From an archaeon (GTDB taxonomy: Archaea > Micrarchaeota > Micrarchaeia > Norongarragalinales > UBA97): DNA of 30,389 nt. Where the stretch lies: the NCBI GenBank assembly GCA_020057405.1, contig JAGVFW010000010.1:1-30389 (forward strand), read 5' to 3'. This document shows positions 1 through 7,854 of this stretch, one piece after another. Each line of letters begins with the position of its first letter. Position 1 is the first letter of the stretch. The notes under the pieces were generated by a model. The model was not told where the DNA came from. It worked only from the letters and a program-made list of their open reading frames with translations, and made no database searches. Position numbers and translations under genes: made by a program.

Positions 1-218
1 ATGCTAAAGCCAATGAACGCCCAGATTATCCAGTCGGGAAGCAAAAAGCTGATGGTCGTGCCGTTCATCGCAGTGTCGAAGGGAACGTGCGACTCCTCCG
101 CAAAGGCAATCTTTGCCAGGCCCATGTCTTCCAAGAGCGAGCCTAAGCTGGTGAAGAACCCCGGGTGTAGTGCCGGGTTGCTTCCGACTTCAAGTTTCTT
201 CATGTCGCGGTTGTTCAT
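1..218 (-). CDS. Hypothetical membrane protein, N-terminal part (runs off the window; not in the ORF track)
   Basis: Open minus-strand frame from ATG 218 (alternative ATG 230): MNNRDMKKLEVGSNPALHPGFF...LLPDWIIWAFIGFS. GGTGA SD upstream; abuts the stop codon of 231..647. Confidence 0.7.
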   Translation of the reverse strand, partial: MNNRDMKKLEVGSNPALHPGFFTSLGSLLEDMGLAKIAFAEESHVPFDTAMNGTTISFLLPDWIIWAFIGFS

Positions 219-230
219 TTTTTTCACCAT

Positions 231-647
231 TTAGTCTACGAGCACGAGTGACCTGTGCTGGCCGAAGCGCCTTGCGATTTCGCCATACCACCAGGCGAGG
301 TCAATCTGCCTTGCTGCGACAGCAATCGTGACGAGGGCACCCGGAAGAAAGACATTAAGCATGAGAAATCCGATTACGAGGAGGGAAATGCCTATGACGC
401 GGGCCATGTGCTCGTACTTCCAGTAGCCGACGAACTCCTCGAGGTACTGCCAGCGCGTCCAGTTCTTCATCGTGGGCGGCAGGTCGGGCTTCGAGTCCAT
501 CGGGAGCATGGTGCTCATGTACTCGCTGCTCTCGTCACCAGCCCTGTCGGCAAAAAGCCGCTCGGTTTGCGACTGCGCCCCCGCGTTTGCATCCAGTTGC
601 GACTGGACTTGCGGGAAGGAAATGTGCGGTGCGACGTAGTCTGCCAT
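231..647 (-). CDS. Hypothetical membrane protein (probable paralogue of 659..1036)
   Basis: 138 aa with hydrophobic segment VIGISLLVIGFLMLNVFLPGALVTIAVAA; GAGGA SD; operon-like spacing. Confidence 0.75.
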   Translation of the reverse strand: MADYVAPHISFPQVQSQLDANAGAQSQTERLFADRAGDESSEYMSTMLPMDSKPDLPPTMKNWTRWQYLEEFVGYWKYEHMARVIGISLLVIGFLMLNVFLPGALVTIAVAARQIDLAWWYGEIARRFGQHRSLVLVD

Positions 648-658
648 GTTTTTTTCCT

Positions 659-1036
659 CTAGGTCGTCTCAAGCAGGCGCCTCTTGCCGAGGAGCTGCGT
701 GACGTAGAACTGTGCCCAAATGTGCTGGCCGTACATCCAGCCCGCCCCAATCGCTGCGGCGGCCGAAAGCCAAATGTTGTATCCGAGAAGCAAAACCGTA
801 AGGATTGCGAGTGCGGCTGCCGCAACGCGGCTTACCCTCCACCGCAACCACCAGCCGATGTTGGTGTCAATAAACTTCTGCCTGGTCGTAATCGTGGCGA
901 CGCTATTGCCAAAAGTCCTGGTTGGGAGAAACATGGGCACCGGGGTAAACTTGGAGCCGTGGTCGTCTCCGTGACCGTCTCCGGTCGCAAGAGCGCCGCT
1001 CGCCTTCATTTCCTTCAGTTGCGCTAGGGTAGTCAT
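659..1036 (-). CDS. Hypothetical membrane protein
   Basis: Hydrophobic hairpin VAAAALAILTVLLLGYNIWLSAAAAIGAG. Start ATG 1036 chosen from a GAGG SD and the TATA box at about 1072-1079. Confidence 0.75.
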   Translation of the reverse strand: MTTLAQLKEMKASGALATGDGHGDDHGSKFTPVPMFLPTRTFGNSVATITTRQKFIDTNIGWWLRWRVSRVAAAALAILTVLLLGYNIWLSAAAAIGAGWMYGQHIWAQFYVTQLLGKRRLLETT

Positions 1037-1071
1037 CTCGGTTGCCTCTACCATAACTATAGTTCCCATAA

Positions 1072-1079
1072 TATATAAA
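1072..1079 (-). promoter_or_regulatory. Putative TATA box of the membrane-protein operon
   Basis: TTTATATA on the minus strand about 36-43 nt upstream of ATG 1036. Confidence 0.55.
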
Positions 1080-1100
1080 CTTATCAGTAGTAACAAGTCA

Positions 1101-1149
1101 TCCACGATTGTCGGACAACCAGTTGACAATCGTCGTCAAGTGTCGTGGA
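1101..1149. repeat. Interlocking inverted repeats (operator-like)
   Basis: ACGATTGTC(1104-1112)/GACAATCGT(1125-1133); TTGTC-G-GACAA(1108-1118); TTGAC..GTCAA(1123-1139); TCCACGA(1101-1107)/TCGTGGA(1143-1149). Confidence 0.6.
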
Positions 1150-1237
1150 AGGCGGATTTGGTTTGGCGTCTCTTCAAAGTCCTTAAATAGCCAGTTGCGG
1201 CTTATTGAACCAGTTTTGGTGCTTTGAGGCGTAGTCG

Positions 1238-1843
1238 GTGAAGTGGCTTGAAAGACGAAGGCAGGATGCTGTTCTCAAAAAGGCGGGCAGCTACCCGTCG
1301 CATGATGAGCTAGTTGCGGAGGCCGGACAGCTTGCTGGGGAATACCTGCGTAACCATTATTTTCCGTCTCTTGGGAACCGGATACGTACGTGGCACGGGG
1401 CAGGAAAGGAAGAGCTTGACTGGTTTGAGAAAGAAGAGAGTCACTTGATTTCTCACTTGCAGGAAACGCAGTTTGTAGCCAAAGTTGAACAACGCGCGTT
1501 TGAGCTCGCCTTAGAGTCTGCCTGCAGGCGCATTGGCTATAGGAATCCGTATCTTCGTAAGAGATTAGCTTACGATTTGCAGGGCTGGGCTGTGCGCTAT
1601 AAGCAACTGACCGGTGTTGGCAACACGCGCTTGGCCGGGGATCCCATACTCTCGAGGATTGAGGAAACGTTTTCCCTCCTGCTAATCGACGATAAGCAGG
1701 GACGAATTTTTTTGAAGCACTTTGCTCGCACTCACGGCCGCGTCTATGATGAATTGGGGCAACATTTCATCCTGGCAACCTCCACTTCTGCTTTTGCCAA
1801 AAACCACCAGCTGTGGCTTAGCACTAAAAGCAAAAAGCAGTAG
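1238..1843 (+). CDS. Hypothetical protein
   Basis: 201-aa ORF filling the gap; GTG start with GAGG SD; no motif recognised. Confidence 0.65.
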   Translation: MKWLERRRQDAVLKKAGSYPSHDELVAEAGQLAGEYLRNHYFPSLGNRIRTWHGAGKEELDWFEKEESHLISHLQETQFVAKVEQRAFELALESACRRIGYRNPYLRKRLAYDLQGWAVRYKQLTGVGNTRLAGDPILSRIEETFSLLLIDDKQGRIFLKHFARTHGRVYDELGQHFILATSTSAFAKNHQLWLSTKSKKQ

Positions 1844-1901
1844 GCCGGGCTATTGTCGCATGCGATAGGGCTTAAGAGCAGCAAATGCCTTACTTTTCCT
1901 T

Positions 1902-2687
1902 ATGGACTGCTCTGCTTCCGATGTCCGTGCCATTCGCGCTCCGCCAAAGGGTTCCAGGAAGGGCGAAAACGGCGTTCTTCTGGTGATTGGCGGAAGCAAG
2001 TCGTACTTTGGCGCTCCCTTGCACGCACTCCGGGCAGCTTCCCTCTTTGTTGACCTTGGCTTCTTCTCGCCTTTCCCACAGAATAACGCCCTTGCTAGCC
2101 AAGTGAAGCTAGCGAATGCCGACCTGATAGTGGAACGGGACTGGCGCAAGGCAGTGAAGCGCGCTGACGCCATTTTGGTGGGTCCCGGCTTTGAGGGCAC
2201 AGGGGCGGAAAAGAGGTTGGTTGATGCCGTTCTGCGGCTCGGTAAGCCTGTCGTTCTAGACGCGCCCGCAATATGGCTTGCCGACAAGAGGCTCTTTGGC
2301 CCCAACGTTGCAGTCACGCCCCACGCCGGCGAGTTTGAAAAAGCGTTTGGCGTTGTTGCAGGCGAAAAAAGTTGCTTCGAGCAGGCGCGGAAATTCAACT
2401 GCAACATTCTTCTCAAGAATCACGGCGTCGACTACGTTACCGACGGCAAGAAAATTTTTTCAAACAAATCTGGCATTCCCGCAATGACGAAAGGCGGCAC
2501 GGGCGACGTGCTCGCGGGGCTTGCGGCGGCGTTTGCCTGCAAAACCCCCCTGCTTGCTTCGCTTAAGGCAGCTGCCTTCCTAAACGGCTTTGCAGGCAGG
2601 CGGCTCTACAAGCGCGCGAACTTCGCTTTCACCGCAACGGACTTGGCGAACGAGATTCCTAGCGCGTTCGCTGCGCTGAGGAAGTAA
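1902..2687 (+). CDS. nnrD: ADP/ATP-dependent NAD(P)H-hydrate dehydratase (YjeF C-terminal family)
   Basis: Motifs KGENGVLLVIGGSxxYxGAP, VGPG, VLDA, TPHAGEF, GGTGDVLAG. Confidence 0.92.
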   Translation: MDCSASDVRAIRAPPKGSRKGENGVLLVIGGSKSYFGAPLHALRAASLFVDLGFFSPFPQNNALASQVKLANADLIVERDWRKAVKRADAILVGPGFEGTGAEKRLVDAVLRLGKPVVLDAPAIWLADKRLFGPNVAVTPHAGEFEKAFGVVAGEKSCFEQARKFNCNILLKNHGVDYVTDGKKIFSNKSGIPAMTKGGTGDVLAGLAAAFACKTPLLASLKAAAFLNGFAGRRLYKRANFAFTATDLANEIPSAFAALRK

Positions 2688-2719
2688 AGAAAAAAGAAGG
2701 TTGGAACGCGAGCTTTGAA

Positions 2720-3019
2720 TTATCCGCCAATGAGCAGGATGAGTGCGCACATCATTATTCCCGCGTAAAGCGGGGTACCGAAGAAACCCCTCATATTCGC
2801 AACCAGGAAGAGGAATGCGAGGGCGCAGAGTGGCGCTAGGATTGGCGAAGCCGCAGCAATTTCCTTCAAAGCCAAGAGCGGTACGAGCGTTATCGCGCCA
2901 AGCCCGCTTACGAGCATCGAGTCGCCGAAGCTGCCGCCTCCCGTATAGACGGAAAGGGCTGCGAGCATGAACACGAGTATGCAAAGCGTCTCGGTGTCGT
3001 GGAAGAGGTCTGCAAACAT
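2720..3019 (-). CDS. Small multi-pass membrane protein
   Basis: 99 aa, almost entirely hydrophobic; GTGA SD; divergent from a TrmB-family gene. Confidence 0.7.
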   Translation of the reverse strand: MFADLFHDTETLCILVFMLAALSVYTGGGSFGDSMLVSGLGAITLVPLLALKEIAAASPILAPLCALAFLFLVANMRGFFGTPLYAGIMMCALILLIGG

Positions 3020-3085
3020 TAAATCACATCATTATTGTGCCTTTCCGCAAATATTAATTAATGTGGCTACTATAATCACCACAAT

Positions 3086-3847
3086 ATGGAAAAGCCCGCG
3101 GTTGAAGGCGCCCTTTCGGACCTGGGTCTGAGCGGCAACGAAGCTAAAGTATACTTCGCGCTCTTGAGGCTCAAGTCGGCCCTAGCTGGCGAGATAACCG
3201 CAAGCAGCGGGGTCCATCGCCGCAATGTCTACGACTCGCTTGAGCGGCTGCAGGAAAAGGGGCTCGCCAGCGTCACCATGAAGAACAACCGGCGGTACTA
3301 CACGGCGGCCGCGCCCACCCGTCTTCTTGACATGGCGCTTGAGCGGGAAGAAAAAATTCGTTCGGCACTGCCCTTCCTTGAAAGCATGCTTGGCCGCAGT
3401 GCACACGGAGAGACGGTGCGCGTTTACAGCGGAATTGCAGGCTTCAAGACGCTCTTTGAGGACATTCTCTCCACCCTGCCGCCTGGTTCTGTATGGAAGG
3501 TAATCACGGTATTCCACCGCATTTCGCAACCCACGCGGTCCTATCTTGACTTTGTGCACAAGCGGAGAGTGCAAAAGCGCATTGCATTCAAGGGTCTCTT
3601 CAACGAGGACGCGATGGGTGTGGTGAGAGGCCGCGAGGTTGCCAAGCTTCCCCTCGCAACCGCAAGAAAGACGCCACTTTCGGGCAAGTCTCCGGCAGGC
3701 CTGAGTGTGTACGGAAAGAAGTGTGCGCTCACGCTTGTCGCCGAGCACGAGGAACCGCTTATAGTAATTTTTGACAACGAGTTCATCGCACGGACTTTCG
3801 AGACCTTTTTCGACGCGCTTTGGAAAGAGGCCAAGCCGCTGCGCTAG
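3086..3847 (+). CDS. TrmB-family transcriptional regulator
   Basis: LGLSGNEAKVYFALL...EITASSGVHRRNVYDSLERLQEKGL winged HTH, plus a C-terminal effector-type domain (VRVYSG, FDALWKEAK). Confidence 0.88.
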   Translation: MEKPAVEGALSDLGLSGNEAKVYFALLRLKSALAGEITASSGVHRRNVYDSLERLQEKGLASVTMKNNRRYYTAAAPTRLLDMALEREEKIRSALPFLESMLGRSAHGETVRVYSGIAGFKTLFEDILSTLPPGSVWKVITVFHRISQPTRSYLDFVHKRRVQKRIAFKGLFNEDAMGVVRGREVAKLPLATARKTPLSGKSPAGLSVYGKKCALTLVAEHEEPLIVIFDNEFIARTFETFFDALWKEAKPLR

Positions 3848-4203
3848 GTTGCTTTCGCTAGTTTCTCGTCGAAGGTGATTAGCTCGGCTTTCAGGTTTTT
3901 CGCCTGCACGAGGAGAGAGCAGTCGGTGAAGCTGAGCTTTCCGTAGTGCTTGGAAAACGCGTCAATGGTTTCCATAATTTGTTCTTCTGGAAGCGCCACG
4001 AGCTTTACTTTTTCCATCATCTGCTTGAGGCAATGGACGGCCAGTTCCTTGTTCCTGAGCCTTTTTTCTAGGACGTTGGCCACTTCGCACAAGACGAGGC
4101 TGTTAGTCGCGCCGTCCGAATAGTCCTTGCCGAGTGCTTTCTCGTGCAGTTCGTCATCCTTGTTAAAGTACGCCACGAAGACGCTCGTGTCAATAAGTTC
4201 CAT
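3844..4203 (-). CDS. vapC: PIN-domain ribonuclease (VapC-type toxin)
   Basis: LIDTSVFVA, conserved E (LCEVANVL), LSFTDC, LITFDEKL; start ATG 4203. Confidence 0.88.
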   Translation of the reverse strand: MELIDTSVFVAYFNKDDELHEKALGKDYSDGATNSLVLCEVANVLEKRLRNKELAVHCLKQMMEKVKLVALPEEQIMETIDAFSKHYGKLSFTDCSLLVQAKNLKAELITFDEKLAKAT

Positions 4204-4432
4204 CCCTATACATCCCGTCCAGTATTTCATCGACCTGCTGGCTTAGTTTCTCGGTGCCTTTGCCAAAACTTACTGGTTTTATCGCGTTGAGTCCAAGCTT
4301 CTTCGGCTGCCTGGCGTAAACCCGTATGCCCGCGCCAAGTATTTCCGCAACTGTCTTCTCGTCCCTGGCCGCAAGCATCTTCGCGAGCTTGTAATCTCCC
4401 TTGTCCATGTTTTTGATGAACACGTTAACCAC
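4190..4432 (-). CDS. Putative antitoxin (ribbon-helix-helix-like, VapB-type)
   Basis: 80 aa, overlapping and upstream of the PIN gene; N-terminal NVFIKNMD beta-alpha-alpha pattern and C-terminal LSQQVDEIL; GGTGGTG SD. Confidence 0.72.
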   Translation of the reverse strand: MVNVFIKNMDKGDYKLAKMLAARDEKTVAEILGAGIRVYARQPKKLGLNAIKPVSFGKGTEKLSQQVDEILDGMYRDGTY

Positions 4433-4479
4433 CCGACACCACCAAAAAGCTTGGGTATAGCTAGTATATATTGTTGTAC

Positions 4480-4686
4480 TTAGTTTTTACGCCGATCTTT
4501 TTTTGGGTTGTTCCTAATTACTGCGCGTTTTTTGGTATCTTTCGATCCGATACCGCTTAGTCGCTTTTCCTTTTCTAGCTCCCAGGCTATTTCCTCTTGG
4601 TGTTCTTTCTTGAATTTTTCCATGTCAATTTCGGGCATGCTGCCGAACATTTCTTGAATAGTCGGCACTCGTTTGGATTTTTTCAC
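4480..4686 (-). CDS. Small charged hypothetical protein (antitoxin-tail-like)
   Basis: 68 aa, GTG start with GGGATGA SD; EMFGSM resembles the xFG motif of antitoxin C-termini. Confidence 0.5.
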   Translation of the reverse strand: MKKSKRVPTIQEMFGSMPEIDMEKFKKEHQEEIAWELEKEKRLSGIGSKDTKKRAVIRNNPKKDRRKN

Positions 4687-4740
4687 AGTTGTTCATCCCT
4701 AAAAAATAAAAATTGCCGGCAAAAGCCGGCGCAAACTAGT

Positions 4741-5778
4741 TTACTCTACATCGACAATGCCGTCAGTGGTCACGCGGTAGATGACTTCGCCGTCGGGAAG
4801 GTGCGGCGAGTCGACTATCTTGGCGATGCGCCGGTCTTCCTTGCTGCGCCTTAGGTAGAGCCGGTAGGTGCTCATGTGTGCCAAGACGTTGCCGCCAACG
4901 GGCGTGGTAGGGTCGCCAAACAGCATGTCCGGCCGGTCCATCACCTGATTAGTGATGTAGACTGCCAAATTGTAGACGTCAGCCAGCCGCATGAGCAAGT
5001 GGATGTGCTTGTTGAGCTTCTGCTGCCTGTCCGCAAGCATTCCGCGGCCGACATAATCGCTTCGGAAGGCCGAAGTAATCGAGTCGACGACGATGAGCTT
5101 GACGTTGTGCTTCTTGATAAGTTCCTCGAGCTTCTCAACTAGGAGAATCTGGTGGTCGCTGTTGTAGGCGCGGGCGACGTGAATGCGCTTGAGTGCCGCG
5201 TCCGGGTCAAGGCCGCGCGCGACCGCCATTTGCGCAACGCGCTCGGGCCTAAAGGTTGCCTCAGTGTCAATAACAACTGCCTCGGCGTCCTGCCCGCCCT
5301 TGTCCAGTGGTGCCGTGACGTTGACGCACAACTGGAATCCTAGTTGTGACTTGCTTGAGCCGAAGCGTCCGAACGCTTCAGTGATTGCGCCCGTCTCAAC
5401 GCCGCCTCCAAGCAGGCCGTCGAGCTCTTTACTGCCGGTGGTAATCTTCGTAACCAGCTTTCTTCGCTCGAGAATCTTGTCGCCGGTCTCGTAGCCCATC
5501 TCAAGGGCCTGTCGTGCCGCATTGATGATTTTCGCCGCAGTGCCTTCGCCCAAGCCAGCAATTTCAGCAAGCTCGACCGGCATTGCAACAGCTAGTTGCT
5601 CGAAAGTGTCGTAACCCGCGTCCTTTAGCTTATTCGCGGTAGTCTCTCCCACTCCGGGGAGCTCCTCGATAGTTTGTGGCTTCTTCTTTCCCGTCTTCTC
5701 AACGGGCTCGCCGATTTCCATAACCGGAACTTGTTCTGAGATAGATACTTCTTCGATTTTCTTTGCCATGCACATCAA
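4741..5778 (-). CDS. radA: DNA repair and recombination protein RadA
   Basis: N-terminal HhH (IEELPGVG), ITTGSKELDGLLGGG, Walker A variant GRFGSSKSQ, IDTE, VVDS, GRGMLADRQQKL, TNQV. True start may be ATG 5769. Confidence 0.97.
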   Translation of the reverse strand: MMCMAKKIEEVSISEQVPVMEIGEPVEKTGKKKPQTIEELPGVGETTANKLKDAGYDTFEQLAVAMPVELAEIAGLGEGTAAKIINAARQALEMGYETGDKILERRKLVTKITTGSKELDGLLGGGVETGAITEAFGRFGSSKSQLGFQLCVNVTAPLDKGGQDAEAVVIDTEATFRPERVAQMAVARGLDPDAALKRIHVARAYNSDHQILLVEKLEELIKKHNVKLIVVDSITSAFRSDYVGRGMLADRQQKLNKHIHLLMRLADVYNLAVYITNQVMDRPDMLFGDPTTPVGGNVLAHMSTYRLYLRRSKEDRRIAKIVDSPHLPDGEVIYRVTTDGIVDVE

Positions 5779-5877
5779 CTCCGGACGGTTCCAGCACGGG
5801 GGCCGGAATGCTTCCGCGATAAGGATTAGTTGACCCGCTTATAAACAACTTTGCAGTGGCTTGCCGGGGCTGCCGGG

Positions 5878-6630
5878 CTAGCTTGCCTTCTTGATGTGTA
5901 GGAGGGTGCCCGTGCCATTGCGAACGAGCTTTAGAATTTCGAAGTGTTCTTTGGCGGCCTTTAGTTTGCGATAAAAGTCCCAGCGGTTAAACGGGCCTCT
6001 AAGCTCATTGAACCTGAGGACCGCTTCCCCTCCGGGTTTTAGCAGGTGGATTGCGTTCTCTATCGCTTCGCGTTCCTGCCGGTGGATTCCGCAGCTGCTT
6101 ACGACAAGGTCGAATGAGGATGGCTCAAATTTTTCGTGCGGCTGCGCGGCGTGCGCTACCTTGAAGTCAATTTTTTTGGCAAGCTTGGGGTCGATCGAGC
6201 GGGTAAGGGACATTGCGTGGAGGTCGAGCCGGTCAAGCCAGTCTTTCCATTGCCTCGCGCTGCCGACGCCCATGTCGAGGACCTGTACTGTCGTGGGAGA
6301 AGCCTCGATTTTTTGCTCAAGCAACTTTTCCAAATCCAAGCCGCGCTTGTCAAATTCGATTCCGGCGCCCTTGTCGTTCTTGACCTTCTGGCGGATGCTG
6401 ATTGACGCGTACTCTGAAAGGGGCGTGTCGTAAACGCCCCAGCTACCTGAATACAGCGCCCCGGCTATTGGTTTTATCTCCGGGCTATCCGCAACTGCCT
6501 CCTGTAAAAAACCGGTTTGCCGGTCGCTTTTCCTAAACTCAGAGAGCAGTTTCTTCAGTTTCCGCCTGTTTTTTGGCGTTTTGGAATTGGCGCGGCTGCC
6601 GAAAATGTATCCCGGTCTGAACTCGCTCAT
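5878..6630 (-). CDS. Class I SAM-dependent methyltransferase
   Basis: Motif I VLDMGVGS, FEPSSFDLVVS, LLKPGG; basic N-terminal extension. Confidence 0.82.
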   Translation of the reverse strand: MSEFRPGYIFGSRANSKTPKNRRKLKKLLSEFRKSDRQTGFLQEAVADSPEIKPIAGALYSGSWGVYDTPLSEYASISIRQKVKNDKGAGIEFDKRGLDLEKLLEQKIEASPTTVQVLDMGVGSARQWKDWLDRLDLHAMSLTRSIDPKLAKKIDFKVAHAAQPHEKFEPSSFDLVVSSCGIHRQEREAIENAIHLLKPGGEAVLRFNELRGPFNRWDFYRKLKAAKEHFEILKLVRNGTGTLLHIKKAS

Positions 6631-6690
6631 GGTCTAGTGTTGAAAAAAAGAGAATAAAAAGAGTTGGTGGGCGCAAGCGCGCCAAAGAAC

Positions 6691-6996
6691 TTACTTCTTC
6701 GCTGTCGCGTCTTCCTTCATGATGAACTTGACTATCATGAAGATGACGAGGGCGATGATGGCGAAGTCGATTACCGCACCGACAAAGTCGCCCACTAAGA
6801 ACTTGATTGTGCCGACGTCGAAGGTTGCAGTCCTCCAGTCGCCCCCCGGGACGACTGCGCCGACTATTGGCATGACGAGGTCGTTGGCAATCGCGGTGAC
6901 GAGCTTTGTCGCTGCCGCGCCTATGATGAAGGCAACTGCGAGGCCGAGGACCTGGTACTTTTTGAGGAATTCAGAGAATTCTGCGGCAATGCCCAT
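6691..6996 (-). CDS. mscL: Large-conductance mechanosensitive channel (short form)
   Basis: EFSEFL..LGLAVAFIIGAA..KLVTAIANDLVMPIV..GDFVGAVIDFAIIA; GGTGAG SD. Confidence 0.9.
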   Translation of the reverse strand: MGIAAEFSEFLKKYQVLGLAVAFIIGAAATKLVTAIANDLVMPIVGAVVPGGDWRTATFDVGTIKFLVGDFVGAVIDFAIIALVIFMIVKFIMKEDATAKK

Positions 6997-7002
6997 GTTT
7001 TC

Positions 7003-7773
7003 TCACCTTATTTTTTTGTGAATGAATTTTTCAATTGCGTTTGCGTGTTCGTGGCGTACGCTGTACATTTCGTAGCCGTCCCTCTTGCCATCGTCGCGGT
7101 CGAGGACGCCTTCGCGGTAAAACCCGCCGAGTATTCCCCTATGCGCGGAGTCCATGCCCGGCTCCACCGGCGGGGTTATGACGAGCTTGAGTGCGTTTCT
7201 GACTTGTTCCCTTCCGTACTCTTTGGCGAGTGCTTCCAGGTCCAAGGGCGCCGGCTTTACAAACGCAGTTACTTCGGGCTCGAAGTACGGGTTGATTTTG
7301 TAGTGGCCGTACTCGACGACCTTGCCGGCTGGTTTCGACGACTCCAGTATTCCGGTTTGAACAAGAGTCAGCAACGCAATCTCGTGGCGTGGTTGAATCG
7401 CCGTATTCGCAACCGGCAGGTTGCGCATCACACGGTCAAGCACTTCTTGCAGGACTGGCGCATCTATTCTGGAGCCCTCGGCGAGCTTTGCGAAACTGAA
7501 TTTCCCAACGAGCCTTCTAACGTCCTCAAAATGGTCTGCACTCACGCGGTACCTGCCGAATTCCGAGGCTTGGCCCGGGCTAATGCCGTTCTCAAGCAAG
7601 CCCTCCTTGTGGAGGCGGTTAAGTATTCGGCTGTGTTCGAGGTTTACCGGCGCGCCCGTCAATCTTGGTGACGCAACCACTTCGTTGAGGACGTGCTTTA
7701 CGCTTTTGATGGGAACGCGGTGGTCTTCGCTAAAGGCCTTAAAGTCAAAGCGCTTCACTGGACGGCCGGCCAT
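7003..7773 (-). CDS. Hypothetical protein with three ~85-aa internal repeats
   Basis: Repeated pattern F/L-x-F/L...V..VL...H..IL..L...G[LIV]L[ED]...Y-x-[VI]; start ATG 7773. Confidence 0.75.
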   Translation of the reverse strand: MAGRPVKRFDFKAFSEDHRVPIKSVKHVLNEVVASPRLTGAPVNLEHSRILNRLHKEGLLENGISPGQASEFGRYRVSADHFEDVRRLVGKFSFAKLAEGSRIDAPVLQEVLDRVMRNLPVANTAIQPRHEIALLTLVQTGILESSKPAGKVVEYGHYKINPYFEPEVTAFVKPAPLDLEALAKEYGREQVRNALKLVITPPVEPGMDSAHRGILGGFYREGVLDRDDGKRDGYEMYSVRHEHANAIEKFIHKKIR

Positions 7774-7807
7774 AGTTCTCAACGCTTTTCTCTTACGCCG
7801 TGTTCTT

Positions 7808-7839
7808 AAAAAAAGTGATTGCCGGAGCCTAAACTCCGG
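7808..7839 (-). terminator. Hairpin plus T-run downstream of the half-TBP gene
   Basis: CCGGAG-6 nt-CTCCGG (7822-7839) followed by T7 on the minus strand. The T-run may double as the TATA box of the next gene. Confidence 0.5.
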
Positions 7840-7854
7840 AAAAACCCGTTTTGC

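Noticed and set aside
1-234. Plus-strand 77-aa ORF in the track
   Set aside because: Antisense shadow; the minus-strand frame has an SD, operon context and a TM segment.
4741-5778. RadA Walker A variant (GRFGSSKS) as a sign of inactivity
   Set aside because: The catalytic Lys/Ser and all other RadA motifs are intact; one substitution is insufficient evidence.
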